Notes: generated from the letters alone by a model not told the origin. A stretch of 43,419 nucleotides of DNA from a virus (IMGVR_UViG_3300044630_003213:1-43419); one strand, 5' to 3'; shown: positions 1-8,699, counted from the first letter of the stretch. Program-made: numbers and translations.

Positions 1-359
1 TTGTAGGTGACCAGTTTACCGTTTCTGTGACCGATGGCCGGGAGGATTGCCGATTCGGGTCGGTCGTGAAAGAACTTAGCCGCCACTGCCATCGCAAATA
101 GCGCACAGTCGGCAGCGAATTGGTGCCAGTACCAGTGATCGCCGGCAGGGTCAGAATGCTGCCAGGACCACTCTTTAGGCTCTGAGCCAATCTGGCGCCA
201 GCCTACCAGCACAGCCACTACGTGATCGTCCTGCAGGGCCACCTTGAGCGTGCCCTGGGAAGCATGGAATCCTACGTAGTCCTCTACAGCCTCCCGGGTC
301 CAGCCCTTGAAGCTGTCCGGGAGTTTGCGCAGCAGGTAGTCTGTGATGGGTTGGATCAA
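1..359 (-). CDS. Small GNAT-like / internal-virion-protein-A-like protein of tail module A (3' end beyond window)
   Basis: Not in the ORF track. TTG start overlaps the TGA of the upstream gene. Translates MIQPITDYLLRKLPDSFKGWTREAVEDYVGFHASQGTLKVALQDDHVVAVLVGWR...PAGDHWYW...IGHRNGKLVTY and is open to the window edge. Aligns by eye with 39916..40344. Confidence 0.7.
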   Translation of the reverse strand, partial: MIQPITDYLLRKLPDSFKGWTREAVEDYVGFHASQGTLKVALQDDHVVAVLVGWRQIGSEPKEWSWQHSDPAGDHWYWHQFAADCALFAMAVAAKFFHDRPESAILPAIGHRNGKLVTY

Positions 360-1288
360 ACGAGGATCTCTTGGAGGATTACTTGTGAGGTGGCGCGTGT
401 ATAATTAGTGCTATCTGTGTCTGTGATAGTCCTATTCAAAGCAAATGTGTAGGCTCCATTTGCATACACTTTGATTCTGTAAGTAACAGCAGCGGTTGAT
501 CCAGGGGAGTCAACGAATGAAATCGGAACAATTGATTGAGAGAACGTATTGTCGGCATCCCAAGGTTGAACCTTGATTCCATAAATACGGCTTCCAGGAG
601 TTGTTGGAACACCAAGCTCAGTAGCTGTTCCACCAATAACTCGTTCCAAAATAAACGCAGCTCTAACCGGAACTTCGCATGAGATGTTAAACTGAACCAA
701 CACCTTCGATGTGGATGCCTGTGGAGTGATTGATGTGGTTAACTGGGTTATCTCAACAGCGCTTCCTCTGCTTGTAGGCGTTGTATAAGTATCTGCAGTG
801 GTAGAGTTTGTAAACTCAATCCTTGGCCGCAGCGTATTCAATGCTCCACCACTCACCGTCATGTTGGAACCAAGTGTCAGGGTCTCAAAATCTCCGGAGC
901 TGGCGGTATAGCGCCCAAGCAGTTTTGCTCCGCTAGTTCCATCAATAGCGAACAATTTCCCAGCAGTCACCGCACGCGCACCAATCTTCCCCTCAACCAC
1001 AGCCAGAGGCTTGATCTGCATCGTGGTAGACGTGAACGAAAAGTCGGTCGATGCATCCAAGGCAACCGGACTATTGGATGATCCACTTCCATTTCCAACC
1101 ACAGTGGAAGTCGCTTGAGAGAGCAAAGCAGTCAAAGGCACAGATCCACTGCTGATGCTCAGTGATCCACCATCAACCGTACCAGTGACATCGACGCTAG
1201 GAGTGCCAAGCAGGTTGAGCGTTGCCGCATCCAGAGTGGTGGAGCTGCTGACGGTAGTACCGGGAGTGACGGTTACAAAGAGTGGCAT
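356..1288 (-). CDS. Tail fibre/spike-like protein, module A
   Basis: 310 aa, Thr/Ser/Gly-rich beta content. C-terminal domain with ITPQASTSKVLV...DSPGSTAAVTY...LQEI, typical of short phage fibre tips. Directly follows the nozzle gene. Confidence 0.7.
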   Translation of the reverse strand: MPLFVTVTPGTTVSSSTTLDAATLNLLGTPSVDVTGTVDGGSLSISSGSVPLTALLSQATSTVVGNGSGSSNSPVALDASTDFSFTSTTMQIKPLAVVEGKIGARAVTAGKLFAIDGTSGAKLLGRYTASSGDFETLTLGSNMTVSGGALNTLRPRIEFTNSTTADTYTTPTSRGSAVEITQLTTSITPQASTSKVLVQFNISCEVPVRAAFILERVIGGTATELGVPTTPGSRIYGIKVQPWDADNTFSQSIVPISFVDSPGSTAAVTYRIKVYANGAYTFALNRTITDTDSTNYTRATSQVILQEILV

Positions 1289-1291
1289 AGG

Positions 1292-4282
1292 TTAGACGTC
1301 TGTTTTGCCGTAGAGTCGGAAAGGTATTGCTAGTGATTTGACTGAGTGAATCGTCAGCGCTCCGGTGGTAGTGGTAACCACTGGCTGCATGGTAATGGAG
1401 TGGCGACGCAGACGAGCTTTCTGGCTGAACGATTGGAACAGGCCTGCTCTAAATCCGGAGGTATTGCACCGAATTCCCGGAAGAGTGGAGTAATCCTCGC
1501 GGAAAGGTGCAAGGAAGTTGTCTCCGGAGTTGTTGGTGACGTAGGTGCCGCTTCCGTAGATGTAGTAGGCTGTCCGGCTTTTGGTTTCATTGGTGGCCAC
1601 CGTGTAGGACTCGTTCACACCATCGAAGTTGGCTGTGATCGAATAGGTCGGATTCCAGGATGACAGCTCGAACTGCAGGCCTGTCCACTGCTTGTGATCG
1701 ACGTCGTTCTCACCAGCATGGCCCCGGAAGTACACCGAGGTGGCAATCTGCTGGATGATCCCATTGCGATTCCGATCCTGCAGGGCATTCAGATCGAAGT
1801 TGTGGATGTAGCCGCTCTCATCGGCCCAGCAAAGCGTGTCAGTGCCCGCTACAACGATCCTGGTGAAGTACCGAGGCACAAGCAGCGATCCCTCCCAGTA
1901 GCCCTCCCAGGCCTGATTCAGGAAGTTGTATACCAGCGTCCTGGTGTTGGTGCCATTGCCACCCTCGACAGGCACGCTGAGGATGTAGCGGTTCTGGAAG
2001 TAGGCGCCACAGGCCTTGTTCCAGTTGGCCTGATCAATCTCCTCAATGACGTCCTGAATCGGATCAGACAGCGGGAGAACCACCGACTGGCTGATACCGT
2101 ACTCGGTCTGCTTGAGACTGATGACGCCGCGCTGCGACAGGAAGACGATATCAGAGCCCGTTGAAGCGATAGACGCCTGACTGACGCATCCAAACTCTCG
2201 GGTGACCTCAGTGAGGCGGGTGGTCGATAAATCGCCGTAGAGGTTCTCCACAGCGAGAATGCTGCGTTCCTTGAAGACGATCAGCGTGGTCGTGTTGAAC
2301 GGGTACAGCGCCACCACCTTGTCGTTCGCCCCGGTGTTCAACTTGAACTCGTTCAGGATGGGGCTGTAGTGCAGCGGATCCAGCACGTCGGAGACGGCCA
2401 GGTAGTCGGGACCGTAGAGCAGCAGCAGGCGGTTCTGAAAGTACAAGCCCTCTCGACCAGCGGGCACATTTGCACCGGAGGCAGATGACTTCTTGATCGT
2501 TCCGGTAATCGAGGCCGATGTGATGTTTACCAGCGTCGAAGGCTGTGATGTTGTGACACTTGCAGACGTGTAGTTGATGCCCGGGTTGACGATGGTCACC
2601 GCGGTCACCTTGCCGTCGGTGATAGTAGCCGTTGCCGTAGCCAGCGTTCCGCCACCATTGAGCGTGATCGTAGGTGCGGTGATATAGCCAGCGCCTTGGT
2701 CGACAATGGTGAGCGAGGTGTAGCCGCTTGAAGTCGGGGCAGCAATGCTCACCGCAGGCACCGATGAGTATCCGGATCCCACGTTGGTCATCGTGAACCC
2801 GGTGACCTTGCCACCAGAGACGATTGCAGTGGCCGTAGCGGTGGTTCCACCGCCTCCAGGCGCAGCAATAGTGACTGCAGGCGCTGCAGTGTATCCAGCG
2901 CCACCAATATCAAGAGTGATTGATCCAACCGTTGCGCCTGAAAGCACCGCGGTTCCAGTGGCAGTCTGTGCTGCAATAGTCCCAGTGATAATCGCCGTCT
3001 TCGCCGTGTTCAGCGAGTCAGTCTCTTCACTCGTACCTGAGAACAGCTTCAGTGAGTTCTTATCGCTCGGGAAGACGTAGTAGATGCCATTGGTAAGCCC
3101 GGAAACCACGTTGCTGATGGTAACCTGATCACCAGCCACAAACGGATGGTTCGGGACAGTAACGGTGTCGTCATCAGTCGACGATGCCACGATGGCATTC
3201 ACTGATGCCACTCGGTTGAAACCGTTGTCCAATGCAGAGACAGGCACTCCAGCGGAGTATGACGCCTCCATGATCAACGGCAGTCCGTCGTTGTAGAAGT
3301 CATCGACTCCCTCGGTCACCTCGTAGCCGGTGGTGTTGTTCGACAGCTCGAAGTAGTAGCGGTTGGATGAAGTCAGGCCTGAAGCAAGCGTCACCGGGTT
3401 GGTGCCCTGCTGGGCATTGCCTTGGCTCAAATGCAGTGTGCACACACCGCCAGCCTTGACGTTGACGTACATACCAAAGCCTTGGCCGGTTGACGTCGAT
3501 GAAATCCACAGCGCGGGAGATGATCCAATCTGGAAGACAACGACACGATCACCGGACTGCAGGTCAGGAGTGACGTTCAGCGTGACCGTCTTATTGGCCA
3601 CATTGACATCGGCGCCAGTGAAGTAGTATCGGGCGTTGCCCGGGCGCAGCATGACCACAGCATTGGTGGCCTGCATCAGGCGCACCGGGCTGTAGATGTC
3701 GTGCCCGTTCATCGGGATCTCCAGGTGGGACTGATTAGGCCTCACCAGGTACATCTTGCCCTGGCCACCGTCTGATGTGCGCACCTCGTTGGTGGCTACA
3801 ACCAGGCCCTGGTAGCCAGTGTCTGGATCTCGGAAAGGCAGCACTCCGAGGATGTCTGTAAAAGCCGCGGTTGATCCGTAGAACTGAATGTTTCGATTGC
3901 TCGGGCCACCAGTAAACGAGATGGCAGCCGTCGACATCACGCAGTTGCTGTTGTCGTCCAAGATGCACCTGGTGCCATTCGGGAACACCAACGATGGAAT
4001 GCTTTGGTCGGAACAGATGATCGAGTTGTTAGGGATCTGGAAGCCACTAACCACCTGCGTCGACGCAGAATTGGAGGTGACAGTCACCGTGCGGGTTGAT
4101 GTAACCCACCGGCCTCCCCACTTAGGCTGCACAATGCCCCACCGGGTCTTGATGTTCTGATCCTGGAAAACCCGGTTGATTGCCTGGCTGACAAACTGGG
4201 CCGGCAACTGGGCAGGATCCAGACGCGAGATCACACCCCGGAAGCCGTCGTCGATTGTGATGATCTCGGGTAGGTCGGGCAT
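1292..4282 (-). CDS. Tail nozzle / tail tubular protein B (P22 gp10 / T7 gp12-like), module A, with inserted domains
   Basis: About 996 aa from ATG 4282. Beta-propeller-type motifs NRLLL, VFKERSI, FGCVS, DIVFLS, LSDPI, NRYILSVP, LVYN...W, plus several G(S/A)GY beta repeats. Follows the adaptor gene. Confidence 0.8.
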   Translation of the reverse strand: MPDLPEIITIDDGFRGVISRLDPAQLPAQFVSQAINRVFQDQNIKTRWGIVQPKWGGRWVTSTRTVTVTSNSASTQVVSGFQIPNNSIICSDQSIPSLVFPNGTRCILDDNSNCVMSTAAISFTGGPSNRNIQFYGSTAAFTDILGVLPFRDPDTGYQGLVVATNEVRTSDGGQGKMYLVRPNQSHLEIPMNGHDIYSPVRLMQATNAVVMLRPGNARYYFTGADVNVANKTVTLNVTPDLQSGDRVVVFQIGSSPALWISSTSTGQGFGMYVNVKAGGVCTLHLSQGNAQQGTNPVTLASGLTSSNRYYFELSNNTTGYEVTEGVDDFYNDGLPLIMEASYSAGVPVSALDNGFNRVASVNAIVASSTDDDTVTVPNHPFVAGDQVTISNVVSGLTNGIYYVFPSDKNSLKLFSGTSEETDSLNTAKTAIITGTIAAQTATGTAVLSGATVGSITLDIGGAGYTAAPAVTIAAPGGGGTTATATAIVSGGKVTGFTMTNVGSGYSSVPAVSIAAPTSSGYTSLTIVDQGAGYITAPTITLNGGGTLATATATITDGKVTAVTIVNPGINYTSASVTTSQPSTLVNITSASITGTIKKSSASGANVPAGREGLYFQNRLLLLYGPDYLAVSDVLDPLHYSPILNEFKLNTGANDKVVALYPFNTTTLIVFKERSILAVENLYGDLSTTRLTEVTREFGCVSQASIASTGSDIVFLSQRGVISLKQTEYGISQSVVLPLSDPIQDVIEEIDQANWNKACGAYFQNRYILSVPVEGGNGTNTRTLVYNFLNQAWEGYWEGSLLVPRYFTRIVVAGTDTLCWADESGYIHNFDLNALQDRNRNGIIQQIATSVYFRGHAGENDVDHKQWTGLQFELSSWNPTYSITANFDGVNESYTVATNETKSRTAYYIYGSGTYVTNNSGDNFLAPFREDYSTLPGIRCNTSGFRAGLFQSFSQKARLRRHSITMQPVVTTTTGALTIHSVKSLAIPFRLYGKTDV

Positions 4283-4283
4283 A

Positions 4284-5210
4284 TTATCGGCCTGGGACAA
4301 TGATCTGGCGCACGTACTTCTCCTGGTTGGCCACCTTGTCGATCTCCTTGGTCAGCTCAACCTCACCGAGCTCAAGGAAGGTGTTGCCCAGGTCGACCTT
4401 GCCATCGACCCGCAGCATCTGGCCCGCGGCCTTGAGCGAACACACCTCGACAAAGCGGTACGGGAAAGCGTAGGCAGTAGCCTCTCCAGCAGTCGAGAGC
4501 AGAGGCGGTGACTTCCGGAACTCAATCCACACAAACGGAAGCTGATCACCAACCAGGATGCCGTAGTCGGTGAGAGTGTAGGCGGGCTCCTGCTGGCGCC
4601 AGGTGACTCGAGGATCCAATGGCCACACCGAGAAGGTCTCACCGATCTCAATAGCCCGTGCGGTGCCGTCAGGATTAGTCTGCTGGTTGACGTAGCGCAG
4701 GAACTTGTTCAGGCGCCCCCAGTAGGAAGCGTTGGTCGGGAGCGTGCCGGCAGCCGCTGTCCCAAAGAGCTGATAGTACTCCTGAGTCTCAGGATACAGC
4801 ACGATGTCCCCGATGCTGTAGGTAGTGGTTAGATTCCAATCTCCACCAGTGCCGCTGTAGGAAGGCTGGGCCTCGCCCCAGAACTGGGAGTTCAATGTGC
4901 CGCCAGGACCACCAATCGTCGGAGGGTTGCCAGAGTTGATAGAACCAACGTACTGGTAGTACTTCTGCTCGGTGGGATAGTAGACAACCATGCCACCGGA
5001 GTAGACCTGGGAGGAACTGTAGTTGGGCGCGAAGAACTCCTGCTGGTAGACGGTCTGCTCGGGCCAGTCGAAGCACTCCCAGGCGCTGCGCAGGCTCATC
5101 GAGATGAACGTGCGGAAGAGATTGGACTCCTCGGTGGTCAGAGTGGAGAAAACGCGCCCAGTAAGCTCACAGGCGCGTTGCAGGACGTAGTCGTAGGTGA
5201 CGGTTCTCAT
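4284..5210 (-). CDS. Head-tail adaptor / tail tubular protein A, module A, with two carbohydrate-binding-module-like inserts
   Basis: 308 aa with helical N- and C-termini (AWECFDWP; GQMLR...Q..VRQIIVP) resembling 42299..43060. Two aromatic repeats, YSSSQVYSGGMVVYY..YYQY and WNLTTTYSIGDIVLY..YYQL..PTNASYW. Confidence 0.7.
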   Translation of the reverse strand: MRTVTYDYVLQRACELTGRVFSTLTTEESNLFRTFISMSLRSAWECFDWPEQTVYQQEFFAPNYSSSQVYSGGMVVYYPTEQKYYQYVGSINSGNPPTIGGPGGTLNSQFWGEAQPSYSGTGGDWNLTTTYSIGDIVLYPETQEYYQLFGTAAAGTLPTNASYWGRLNKFLRYVNQQTNPDGTARAIEIGETFSVWPLDPRVTWRQQEPAYTLTDYGILVGDQLPFVWIEFRKSPPLLSTAGEATAYAFPYRFVEVCSLKAAGQMLRVDGKVDLGNTFLELGEVELTKEIDKVANQEKYVRQIIVPGR

Positions 5211-5213
5211 TGG

Positions 5214-5459
5214 CTACCAGGCTTTGCAGGACCAATACTTGGCCGAGAGTTTCGATCCCGGGTTGTCACAGCCGTGACGAGCGCGGAAGTTGGCCCGTCG
5301 CTCCGGGATATGCTTCTTGATGGTCATGTCCGGGTCGCCAAAACGCACGAGCTTAACCTTGCCGTTTTCCTTGGCCAGCACGGCTGACTTCTTGGACTCC
5401 CCGGGGGTGGCCTTGGGCTTGTTGTAGCCCGAGAACTTGTTGCCCTTGTAGTTGATCAT
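5214..5459 (-). CDS. Conserved small basic phage protein, paralog 1 (RFGDP...FRARHxC...YWSCKAW)
   Basis: ATG 5459 overlaps the upstream stop. Clear paralog of 11780..12025. Confidence 0.8.
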   Translation of the reverse strand: MINYKGNKFSGYNKPKATPGESKKSAVLAKENGKVKLVRFGDPDMTIKKHIPERRANFRARHGCDNPGSKLSAKYWSCKAW

Positions 5460-5680
5460 TGGGACTTCGGGAGCACGTACCAACCTGCTGGCAGCGTCAC
5501 CGTGGACGGCCCCACCAGCTTCTTGTCTTTGTCGAATCCGTACACGCTGGCCTTCACCGGCTTGGCCAGCATCACCGGATCACCGGAAGGGACCAAGACC
5601 ACCTTCGCCACCTGGCAGCCCAGGCAGGTCAGCAATCCGATCAGCCAGATCGCTTTTGAGGGCCTTGGGAGCTTTACCAT
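5456..5680 (-). CDS. Lipoprotein, candidate o-spanin (Rz1-like)
   Basis: Basic N-terminus, hydrophobic stretch and lipobox-like LLTCLGC. Overlaps a second ORF in another frame and follows holin-like genes. Confidence 0.55.
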   Translation of the reverse strand: MVKLPRPSKAIWLIGLLTCLGCQVAKVVLVPSGDPVMLAKPVKASVYGFDKDKKLVGPSTVTLPAGWYVLPKSQ

Positions 5681-5753
5681 GTTGCACATCGGTGGGTGGT
5701 GTTTCTCGGAACCAGTCGAGCAGGGCCTTCAGGATCTGGTAGATCCAGTTCAC
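5580..5753 (-). CDS. Small protein overlapping the lipoprotein gene, candidate i-spanin-like partner
   Basis: 57 aa, GTG start overlapping the holin stop: MNWIYQILKALLDWFRETPP... with an amphipathic N-terminus. Below the ORF track cutoff. Confidence 0.45.
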   Translation of the reverse strand: MNWIYQILKALLDWFRETPPTDVQHGKAPKALKSDLADRIADLPGLPGGEGGLGPFR

Positions 5754-5932
5754 TCGGCCTTCTTCTCGGCGTCCTTGGCCCAGATAAGGCCGATGCCAAC
5801 GGTCACTTGAGCGATGGTGGCGGTCAGATCGACGTTGGTGCTAGGATCGCCATCGAACACGGATTTGAGAGCACTTCCAATAGCAACGAGAATGACGCCA
5901 ACGCCAGCGAGTGTAGTTTTGATGTTTTTCAT
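5750..5932 (-). CDS. Holin-like membrane protein
   Basis: 60 aa, two hydrophobic segments, KTTLAG N-terminus and charged AKDAEKKAE tail. Confidence 0.6.
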   Translation of the reverse strand: MKNIKTTLAGVGVILVAIGSALKSVFDGDPSTNVDLTATIAQVTVGIGLIWAKDAEKKAE

Positions 5933-6102
5933 TTTTTCAGGGCTTTGTAAAGTGCAACGCAGGCGGCGGCAAGGCCAACCAAGGCGGAGAGGAATCGAAT
6001 CCCGTCCGTGAGCTGGGGGAGCATCGACGCTGCGGTCGCAGTCGCCGCGGTTCCGAGCGAAAGGGCTAGGCCGTTCGTTCCGCCTTGGTTGGAAGCGTCC
6101 AT
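5929..6102 (-). CDS. Small membrane protein (holin/antiholin-like)
   Basis: 57 aa MDASNQGGTNGLALSLG...FLSALVGLAAACVALYKALKK. Its stop overlaps the next ATG (ATGA). Confidence 0.55.
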   Translation of the reverse strand: MDASNQGGTNGLALSLGTAATATAASMLPQLTDGIRFLSALVGLAAACVALYKALKK

Positions 6103-6105
6103 GGG

Positions 6106-6267
6106 TTACTCAGGCTTGTGCTGCTGCTGTGCGTTCACTTGGGCTTCAATGCTTTCGTACAAAGGAAGTCCAACCTTCATATTCATAACGTCTCCAGCCT
6201 TCATCCCGATCACGAGGAGCTGGGTGAGCTGTTGCAACTGTTGCAGTGTGAGTTCGATCTTGATCAT
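6106..6267 (-). CDS. Hypothetical protein, possible fibre assembly factor
   Basis: 53 aa MIKIELTLQQLQQL...; the ATG overlaps the upstream stop. Confidence 0.6.
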   Translation of the reverse strand: MIKIELTLQQLQQLTQLLVIGMKAGDVMNMKVGLPLYESIEAQVNAQQQHKPE

Positions 6268-6689
6268 GCGGCGGGAGCATCAGCGACCACGGGCGCGTCC
6301 GCAACGATTTCCGGCGTCACCTGAGGCAGCATCGGAGGCACGATCATCTCGGGTTGTGGCGGCGGAACCGGCACCCACGGCAGCGGCGGAGCGATGACCG
6401 GCGGGTTGATCTGGTTGTTGATCTGCTGCGTCACGTTCGCTTCGATGGCGGTCTTATCGACTCCGTTTGCGTAGCACCAGCCAAGCACCTGTTCCTGCGT
6501 CAAGTCAGGATACGGCGTGAACGATCCGCTGGGCGCAGCGAACGAGCAGGAGCCGTAGCAGGTGCCGCTGTACTGATCCTGCGAGCCGTTGCACCTCCAG
6601 TCGGCGGTGATGACGACATCTGAGTAGGTGCCTTCGGTGGGTTTGACGAGAAGGCGTTCGATGATCCAGACAATGGAGATGGTGGTCAT
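6264..6689 (-). CDS. Conserved phage protein downstream of tail fibre
   Basis: 141 aa with FTPYPDLTQEQVLGW and PLPW motifs often seen after phage fibre genes; Pro-rich tail. Confidence 0.7.
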   Translation of the reverse strand: MTTISIVWIIERLLVKPTEGTYSDVVITADWRCNGSQDQYSGTCYGSCSFAAPSGSFTPYPDLTQEQVLGWCYANGVDKTAIEANVTQQINNQINPPVIAPPLPWVPVPPPQPEMIVPPMLPQVTPEIVADAPVVADAPAA

Positions 6690-6700
6690 GGTGGTGTGAA

Positions 6701-7948
6701 TTAGAGGCTAGAAACAACGAATGCGAGCAGTTCATCATGGCGCAAACCGAGACGAGTCTTGGCAACAGCATTCTCGCTTTCGGAGGTGTAAGGCTTTCCG
6801 TCAGAATCGACCGAGCTTCCGTTCACCTCGTACCAACTGTCGGAACAGAACATTCCATAATCGGAGGCATCCAAGCCTTCAGCGGCGAACGCAGACTGCA
6901 CATCCTGAGCAATCCATCCGACATGGATTCGAGCATTTTCACCCTTAGAGGCAACAGCGTCTTTGAAACGATACTTCTTCACGAGTTGCTTGATGCTAGA
7001 AGCAACACGTTTTTCTGAGGCTGAAAGATCCGCAATATCCTGCTTCTCGTTTCTATCAGAGGTATTGATCGTTCCAGTACCAGCATAAACCGTGGCCCAG
7101 CGTTCAGTTCCAGATCCAAGGTTGTATGAATTGTCGGATACGGTTCCAGTGCCATTGGCTGGAAGGAGTCCAGTAGATCCAAAAAATAGACCTCTGTTAT
7201 TTCCCGCGATATTGATATCACCAATGTAACCGGCACCGATCTGGGTTCTTGCAGCAGCGCGAACATAACCACTGTCAAGAGATAGATTCCCGCTCGCGTC
7301 GAGCGTCATGCTGGCAGTCCCGTTGTTCTTGATGAACGTCAGGTTGTCACCGCTATTGTAAATGCCGTGAGCGGTGGCATTGCCAGAATCCCAGAGATAG
7401 AACTTGTTGGCATTCCGAATAGATCCAGCTCCGTTTACAGTAAGCTTTTGGCCACTAACCGGAGATTCCCCCACGCCCAGCCCCGTGGAGTTCAGGGTCA
7501 TTCGAGTGCCGCCTGCGCCGTCGCCGAAGGTGAACACGCCAGCTTGAGTCGCAATAATCAAATCCTGCACCGATGCGTTTAATACGCGAAAGTTTCCAGT
7601 GTCTGTTCCGATGTAATTGGAACTGCTGGAATCTTGGATACGAAGAAAAGTAGCAGCACTTCCTTTAGAAATATGCAGAGTCTCGCTCGGACTCGCCGTC
7701 CCAATACCCACCCGATTGTTCGCCGAATCCACCTTCAACGTCGAGGTGTCCACCGTCAGATCGCCGGTGATGGTGGCGGAGGCGAGGGTGGCGGTGCCGC
7801 CGGCTCCGAGGATCTGGTTGCTGGTGATCTTCTTCGTGGTGCCCGATGCAGCCATCGTCGTGTCACTGACATCGACAATGGGAAGGACATCCACCGCGGG
7901 ATCGACGGTCGTGATCGCCGTCAGTGCTGTGATCTTTGTATCTGCCAT
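6701..7948 (-). CDS. Tail fibre with C-terminal intramolecular chaperone (peptidase S74)
   Basis: RVGIGTASP and MTLDASGNL fibre repeats; TSDRNEKQDI cleavage motif, then HVGWIAQDV and GLRHDELLAFV. Confidence 0.88.
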   Translation of the reverse strand: MADTKITALTAITTVDPAVDVLPIVDVSDTTMAASGTTKKITSNQILGAGGTATLASATITGDLTVDTSTLKVDSANNRVGIGTASPSETLHISKGSAATFLRIQDSSSSNYIGTDTGNFRVLNASVQDLIIATQAGVFTFGDGAGGTRMTLNSTGLGVGESPVSGQKLTVNGAGSIRNANKFYLWDSGNATAHGIYNSGDNLTFIKNNGTASMTLDASGNLSLDSGYVRAAARTQIGAGYIGDINIAGNNRGLFFGSTGLLPANGTGTVSDNSYNLGSGTERWATVYAGTGTINTSDRNEKQDIADLSASEKRVASSIKQLVKKYRFKDAVASKGENARIHVGWIAQDVQSAFAAEGLDASDYGMFCSDSWYEVNGSSVDSDGKPYTSESENAVAKTRLGLRHDELLAFVVSSL

Positions 7949-7954
7949 AAACTG

Positions 7955-8185
7955 TTAGTTAGCTTGAATGATGAGTTTGCCACTGTCCTCTTGCAGCAGG
8001 AACGACGCGTCCTCCAACAAGACGGAATCGAAAGTCCCAAACGTGATGACGATCTTGTCACCATCCTCCAGCAGAACGAAGAAGTCGTCCTCCTGAAGCA
8101 GGTCCCGGCGCAGGATAGGTAGATCGCCAGGGGTAACATTACCCCCGCCGTTCGATACCAGTCGTGTGCCGAGAGCGAGTGTCAC
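7955..8185 (-). CDS. Small virion-associated protein with LLxED repeats
   Basis: 76 aa with LLQEDDFFVLLEDG and VLLEDASFLLQEDSG; in-operon spacing. Confidence 0.65.
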   Translation of the reverse strand: MTLALGTRLVSNGGGNVTPGDLPILRRDLLQEDDFFVLLEDGDKIVITFGTFDSVLLEDASFLLQEDSGKLIIQAN

Positions 8186-8448
8186 GATTGAATCACGCCA
8201 TTGAATGCGATCACCTGACCGCTGGAAATCTGGAAGCTCGTGATCGGTCCCGGTAGGGTAATACCAGCAGGGATGGTCGCAGTGGACCAGGATCCGCTGA
8301 TGTTGCCACCGGTGATCGAGCTAAAGGTGGTAGGGGCGATGGTGGTTATGGCCACAAACGGGCCAGTGGTCAGCGTGGTGGCTGTCACCAGTTGAAAGCC
8401 GCCCTGTCCCATCGAATACTCGATGGCCTGATTTGCTACGTCGCTCAT
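8182..8448 (-). CDS. Small beta-rich structural protein (possible head decoration)
   Basis: 88 aa from ATG 8448 overlapping the upstream TGA; TIPAGITLPGPITSFQISSGQVIAF motif. Confidence 0.65.
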   Translation of the reverse strand: MSDVANQAIEYSMGQGGFQLVTATTLTTGPFVAITTIAPTTFSSITGGNISGSWSTATIPAGITLPGPITSFQISSGQVIAFNGVIQS

Positions 8449-8699
8449 ATATCCCAGATCTTCCGGATTTGATTCTTGGTGAAAGTGCTCTCGAAGCGGG
8501 ATCCTTGGCGGTCTTCCAACCGGCTGAATCCCTTCTTCACGTTGTCCTTGAGTTCGGTCTCGCGAGCAAAGCCGGTGACCCCGAAGCGGGCCACCGGTTG
8601 TCGCATCCACCGCTTCCCATCAAGGACAACAGAGTCGGTACCCATCGGAGCGATATGCTCGATGGACTTGCCATTGTTCTCGAAGGTGTAGATCGGCAT
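8445..8699 (-). CDS. Hypothetical protein (MPIYTF start reminiscent of FmdB-type small proteins, no Cys)
   Basis: 84 aa from ATG 8699, tightly packed in the operon. Confidence 0.6.
   Translation of the reverse strand: MPIYTFENNGKSIEHIAPMGTDSVVLDGKRWMRQPVARFGVTGFARETELKDNVKKGFSRLEDRQGSRFESTFTKNQIRKIWDI

Noticed and set aside
356-1288. Diversity-generating retroelement or invertible tail-fibre switch behind the paired fibre tips
   Set aside because: No reverse transcriptase or invertase is present, the similarity is protein-level only, and no near-identical TR/VR repeat or inverted crossover sites were seen.
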